Shown here piece by piece: positions 59,563-64,000 of a DNA stretch of 64,000 bases. Under the pieces are notes generated by a model. It saw only the letters and a program-made list of their open reading frames with translations, did no database searches and had not been told where the DNA came from. Where the stretch lies: the NCBI GenBank assembly GCA_965223335.1, contig OZ244991.1, positions 1,408,001 to 1,472,000 on the forward strand. The letters are read 5' to 3'. A program made the position numbers and the translations under genes. Source of the DNA: Thermodesulfobacteriota bacterium (GTDB taxonomy: Bacteria; Desulfobacterota_D; UBA1144; Nemesobacterales; UBA2774). The stretch's first letter is position 1, and the number at the start of each line of letters is the position of its first letter.

Positions 59563-62500
59563 ATGGACATTGATAAAGATTTAGTACAAGGGTTTTTAGA
59601 AGAGACCAAAGGCTATATCCCGCAAGTCAAAGTTGCGATAGATACCTATGAGGATACTGAACAAGGCCATGAATCTCTCGAAGAAGCGTACCGATTTATG
59701 CACACGATAAAGGGCGCGGCATCTATGCTGGGTATGAGTGCTCTTAGCAACGTAGCTCACCACGTAGAAGAGGTTGTTGATGATATAAGAAACGACAAAA
59801 TTGAACTTACTCCAAACACGGTGTTTTTCCTAAGAAATGCCGTGGACCAGATGGAAAATTATGTAGAAACCGTATCCGAAAAAGGGATTGAGAACCACGA
59901 TGATTCGTTCTTTGTAAAAAGCTCACTCATTCCGTACTGCAGGTTAAAGGGCTACGATGAATCTGGGGACGACGAGTATATTAAAGGTTTTCTTACTCAA
60001 AACCAAACGGAGGCACCCAAATCCGATTCGCACGACACCGATAGATCCCGTGATGATAGCTCTAGTGATTCGAGTGTATTATCCTTTGTGTCGGAAGACC
60101 CCGTGTCCACAGACCAAGAAATTATGGCACAAACAACACCTGCCTCTATACCGAATGACACGGTTAATGAACCGATTAATGTAGAAGATCTCTCACAATA
60201 CCAATCTGAGGGCTCAGGGCCGGATGATAGTTCGGATACTAACACCGTTTTGGATGAAGCAGCAAACATACCCCCCGAGCTCATGGAAGTGTTTATTCTC
60301 GAGGCCAACGAGCATCTGCAAAACATTTCCTCATCTTTAGAACGACTAAATGGCAACATATCTAATATAGAGCCTCTCTTGGATATTAGAAGGGCTGTGC
60401 ACACTCTAAAAGGGGCAGCTTCGATGGTGGGGTTCCAATCGGTATCCGACCTATCGGCAGTTGCAGAGGATTATCTTGACAACGTTACAAACGATAGTGC
60501 TAAGTTTGACCAACGTGCACTCGACCTGATTTCTAGAACCTACGAAATGCTGATGAGTATTGTAAGCGGTGATGCCGGGGGAGAGTCCGGGGTTAAAGAT
60601 GAATTACAAAAGTTATACGTGGCATATTCTGAGATATCGGATCAAAAGGTCTCAACAGAACCCGAACCAATTACTGAGCAGGCCGAGGAGACCGCCGATG
60701 AGAGTGCGCCATTTGAGACACCGCAAACCGATGTAGAGGATGAATTAGGGATCGACATTGAAGAAATTGAAGAGCCTCTCGATACTGCGCAAGACAATTC
60801 TTTCGCTGCACCTGATTCTGTTGTGGAGCAAGACGAGATACCGCCCGAACTCATGGAAGTGTTTATGATCGAGGCCAACGAGCATCTGCAGAATGTTTCT
60901 ACATACCTCGGAGAGTTGGAAAAAGACCCAACGAATAGAGATCATCTATCTGAGGTGAGAAGAGCAGTACACACGCTCAAGGGAGCAGCCGGTATGGTCG
61001 GTTTTGGATCAGTGTCTGATCTCTCGCACCGCATGGAGGACCTGTTGGATGATCTATTTGACGGAGAGGTAGGGCTTACTAAGGACAAAATGAGTTTGCT
61101 CTATAAAACGGCGGACACTCTAGACGATATGGTAAAGGGCGAGTCTGATGCCGACTATGTAAAATACGCCGCAACCTCACTCTATCGAGAGTACGACAAT
61201 TTATTCAATAAGCCTGAGGCCCCGGATACAACCGACGAGGTTGTTGAGGAAGCCTACCAGGAGGATATTGCACCTGTCCCAGAGCCTGAGTATAACGAAC
61301 AGACAGTTGATACAGAGATTAGAACTATTACTGAAGATATTCACATTCCCCAGGTGGTTAGACAACCGGCACCGGCCCCTAGTATTAAAAAGCCCGGCGA
61401 GTTTGTACGTATTCCCATCGAGAGGCTTGACGAACTGGTAAACCTGGTTGGGGAACTGGTTGTGAACCGCTCGGTATTCGAGCAGTATTTCTCTCGTTTG
61501 GATGAGGAGTCGGATGAGCTTAAACCAAGCGTAGATAGACTTAAAAAGATATCAAACACCATGGAATCCGAGTACGAGGTGATGGCGCTTGGTGGGAGAA
61601 ATATTGCTGCAACCGGTACGGAGCAAGGATCATACTCAGGCCCTGTGCTCGCTAAACCCTCTACGGCTCTTACGTCGAGCACTTCCGAGTTTGACGAGCT
61701 TGAGTTCGATAGATACACAGAGTTCCATCTTTTCTCGAGAGAGCTTGCCGAGTCTGCGAATGACCTGGGAGCTATAAGCAACGAGCTTGGTTACATCATT
61801 GATGATTTCGAGGGCTATACGGAACGACAGGCTAGGCTCACAAGTGAGATCCAAGATAAATTAATGAGACTTCGAATGGTCCCGCTGGCAAATCTGAGCA
61901 CAAGGCTTATGCGTACAGTACGTGTAACGGCGGAAAGTCTCGGGAAACTTGTAGAGCTTGAGATTGTGGGTGAAGAGGTAGAGCTGGATAAGACTGTGCT
62001 CGAAGAAATAGCAGACCCACTACTTCACCTGCTCAGAAACTCTGTCGGCCATGGTATAGAAGATCCCGAGGCTAGAAAGAGTGCAGGTAAAGATCAAACC
62101 GGACGTATTACACTCACGGCATATTATGAAGGCACACAGGTGGTTATCAAAGTGGCTGACGACGGAAGGGGGTTGGATGCCTCAAAGCTCCGTTCGAGTG
62201 CCATTGCCAGCGGTAACATCTCACAAATAGAAGTAGACCGAATGACAGAAGATGATGTTTACTCGCTCATATTTATGCCCGGGCTCAGCACAGCAGACGA
62301 GCTAAGCGAGCTCTCTGGGCGTGGTGTGGGAATGGATGTTGTAAAATCCGCAGTACACCATATGAAAGGGACAATATCAATTGATTCTATAAAGGGCGAG
62401 GGTGTGACGTTTTCCATCCGCCTGCCCATGACCCTGGCTATTACAAAAGTCCTTATGGTTAAGTCTAACAACGAAGTATTTGCTATTCCCTCGGGGGACC

Positions 62501-63282
62501 TGACACAAATTATTCGAAAACCAAAGAGTGAGATAGAGAATCTGGGCAAAGACCCCGTTATTCATTTGGGCGAGAAGGTATACCCGGTCGTGCAGTTGGG
62601 TGAGGCACTGGGTCTTAAGCATCCGCCGGATCCCAATGTCGATGCACTGCCGGTGTTGATTACCAATGTAGGTGAGAATCAGATTGCGCTCACCGTGGAT
62701 CACATCCTTGAGGGCAGAGAGGTTGTTGTTAAGAGCCTCGGCACTCATCTGCGTCGTGTGTACGGATTGTCGGGGGCCACACTTATGGGAGACGGTAGTG
62801 TTGTGCTTATACTCAACCCATCGGATCTGGCGAAAGAGCCGGATGCGAAGCCTAGTGCGAGTTTTGTATCGGCCCCAGAGCCCGAAACCCCACATAGGGC
62901 CCCAGGTGTACTGGATGTTCTAATCGTCGATGACTCGATTAGCGTGAGAAGAATACTTTCAAATACAATAAAGAAAGCCGGTTGGAATCCGACCACTGCA
63001 AAAGACGGGGTGGAGGCGCTTGAGACGATCCAGCTATCTGATAGAGCGCCCGATATAATTCTATTGGATATCGAAATGCCCCGGATGGACGGGTATGAAT
63101 TAACCTCTATGTTGAGAGCGGAAAATAGGTATAAAGATCTTCCAATTGTGATGATTACCTCAAGAGCCGGAGAAAAGCACCGTAAAAAAGCGTTTGAGAT
63201 AGGGGCTACCGACTACCTGGTAAAACCTTATCAAGATGATGTGCTGTTTGGTATTATTAAGAAACTTACAGGTTCTAATTAA
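59563..63282 (+). CDS. cheA: CheA/ChpA-like hybrid kinase with three Hpt domains, CheW and receiver
   Basis: HTIKG and two HTLKG, HLLRNSVGHGIE, SGRGVGMDVV, CheW-like region, C-terminal DIEMPRMDG. Confidence 0.94.
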   Translation: MDIDKDLVQGFLEETKGYIPQVKVAIDTYEDTEQGHESLEEAYRFMHTIKGAASMLGMSALSNVAHHVEEVVDDIRNDKIELTPNTVFFLRNAVDQMENYVETVSEKGIENHDDSFFVKSSLIPYCRLKGYDESGDDEYIKGFLTQNQTEAPKSDSHDTDRSRDDSSSDSSVLSFVSEDPVSTDQEIMAQTTPASIPNDTVNEPINVEDLSQYQSEGSGPDDSSDTNTVLDEAANIPPELMEVFILEANEHLQNISSSLERLNGNISNIEPLLDIRRAVHTLKGAASMVGFQSVSDLSAVAEDYLDNVTNDSAKFDQRALDLISRTYEMLMSIVSGDAGGESGVKDELQKLYVAYSEISDQKVSTEPEPITEQAEETADESAPFETPQTDVEDELGIDIEEIEEPLDTAQDNSFAAPDSVVEQDEIPPELMEVFMIEANEHLQNVSTYLGELEKDPTNRDHLSEVRRAVHTLKGAAGMVGFGSVSDLSHRMEDLLDDLFDGEVGLTKDKMSLLYKTADTLDDMVKGESDADYVKYAATSLYREYDNLFNKPEAPDTTDEVVEEAYQEDIAPVPEPEYNEQTVDTEIRTITEDIHIPQVVRQPAPAPSIKKPGEFVRIPIERLDELVNLVGELVVNRSVFEQYFSRLDEESDELKPSVDRLKKISNTMESEYEVMALGGRNIAATGTEQGSYSGPVLAKPSTALTSSTSEFDELEFDRYTEFHLFSRELAESANDLGAISNELGYIIDDFEGYTERQARLTSEIQDKLMRLRMVPLANLSTRLMRTVRVTAESLGKLVELEIVGEEVELDKTVLEEIADPLLHLLRNSVGHGIEDPEARKSAGKDQTGRITLTAYYEGTQVVIKVADDGRGLDASKLRSSAIASGNISQIEVDRMTEDDVYSLIFMPGLSTADELSELSGRGVGMDVVKSAVHHMKGTISIDSIKGEGVTFSIRLPMTLAITKVLMVKSNNEVFAIPSGDLTQIIRKPKSEIENLGKDPVIHLGEKVYPVVQLGEALGLKHPPDPNVDALPVLITNVGENQIALTVDHILEGREVVVKSLGTHLRRVYGLSGATLMGDGSVVLILNPSDLAKEPDAKPSASFVSAPEPETPHRAPGVLDVLIVDDSISVRRILSNTIKKAGWNPTTAKDGVEALETIQLSDRAPDIILLDIEMPRMDGYELTSMLRAENRYKDLPIVMITSRAGEKHRKKAFEIGATDYLVKPYQDDVLFGIIKKLTGSN

Positions 63283-63303
63283 CAGTGCAAAGGTATTAGG
63301 TTT

Positions 63304-64000
63304 ATGAATGAAAGCATTCGTGTTTGCATTACAGATGACTCACCTTTCATATGTAACATGTTGACCAAATACCTTGAATCCGAATCAGATATCGAAGTAG
63401 TGGGTAGAGCATACAGCGGTAAGGCTACGATTGATATGGTCAATGAACTCAGTCCCGATGTGCTGACTCTGGATTTGGAGATGGCCGATATGAATGGGTT
63501 GTCTGTGTTAGAAAAGATAATGTGTGATAGACCTACGCCGGTAATTGTGATAAGCGGAGTTAGTAGAGAAGCCAGGCGTATTACACATCATGCGCTCAAT
63601 AACGGTGCAGTCGACTATGTGCTTAAATATGCCCCGGGCCAGGTTACCGTCCCAGATGAGTTGCGAAAAACTATCATCCAAAAGGTTAGGGTTGCATCGA
63701 AAGTAAAGGTTGTGAGGCTTGCAAAACATAGCCAATTAAAGATTGAAGTGCCCGAGGTGGATCCATTTAGGTCTATAGCACACAGCAGTTCAGTACAACC
63801 CAATAGCCTAGACTCTCAGTTGGTAAGTAGTACAAATTCAGCGAATACGGTAGTGGTGGTGGGTGCCTCCACAGGCGGCCCGTTAGCTTTGACCGAATTG
63901 CTGGGCAATCTGCCCGAAGGGTTTAGTGAGACCATTATAGTGGTACAACATATTTCAAACAATTTTAGTTCTATCCTGGCACATGAACTCTCGCGTCATA
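63304..64000 (+). CDS. cheB: Chemotaxis methylesterase CheB; runs off the window end
   Basis: Manual translation MNESIRVCITDDS...DVLTLDLEM...GASTGGP...VQH. Confidence 0.9.
   Translation, partial: MNESIRVCITDDSPFICNMLTKYLESESDIEVVGRAYSGKATIDMVNELSPDVLTLDLEMADMNGLSVLEKIMCDRPTPVIVISGVSREARRITHHALNNGAVDYVLKYAPGQVTVPDELRKTIIQKVRVASKVKVVRLAKHSQLKIEVPEVDPFRSIAHSSSVQPNSLDSQLVSSTNSANTVVVVGASTGGPLALTELLGNLPEGFSETIIVVQHISNNFSSILAHELSRH

Overview
Bacterial chromosomal window with no rRNA, tRNA, CRISPR array or mobile element recognised. Gene content looks deltaproteobacterial/Desulfobacterota-like (inference only). Most of it is housekeeping: aroC, rlmD, queA, argG, pgeF, rluD, fbaB-pgk-gap, argC, iscS, cofE, nth, nuoJKL, glnB-glnA and an RpoD-like sigma factor. 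The standout is a minus-strand operon at about 1.2-8.7 kb. A c-di-GMP-I riboswitch precedes a 935-aa triple fusion of PilZ, a PLP alpha-oxoamine synthase (Spt/CqsA/BioF family) and a bacterial ceramide-synthase-like GNAT. A membrane sensor kinase and a hybrid kinase follow. This could be a c-di-GMP-gated acyl-aminoketone/ceramide-like lipid or signal synthase with its own sensor (hypothesis). Other notable items: (1) a RAPP/CxxC leader protein upstream of a His-rich outer-membrane protein; (2) a divergent ArgC paralog coupled to an acyl-AMP ligase and an ACP; (3) a structured RNA leader before argG; (4) a sigma54-driven Pil-Chp-like chemosensory cluster with a PilB-N/PilG-like fusion, interrupted by an OmpA/Rab-like GTPase/kinase cassette; (5) a motif shared upstream of three sigma54 promoters. 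All calls come from motif reading by eye; no searches were run.
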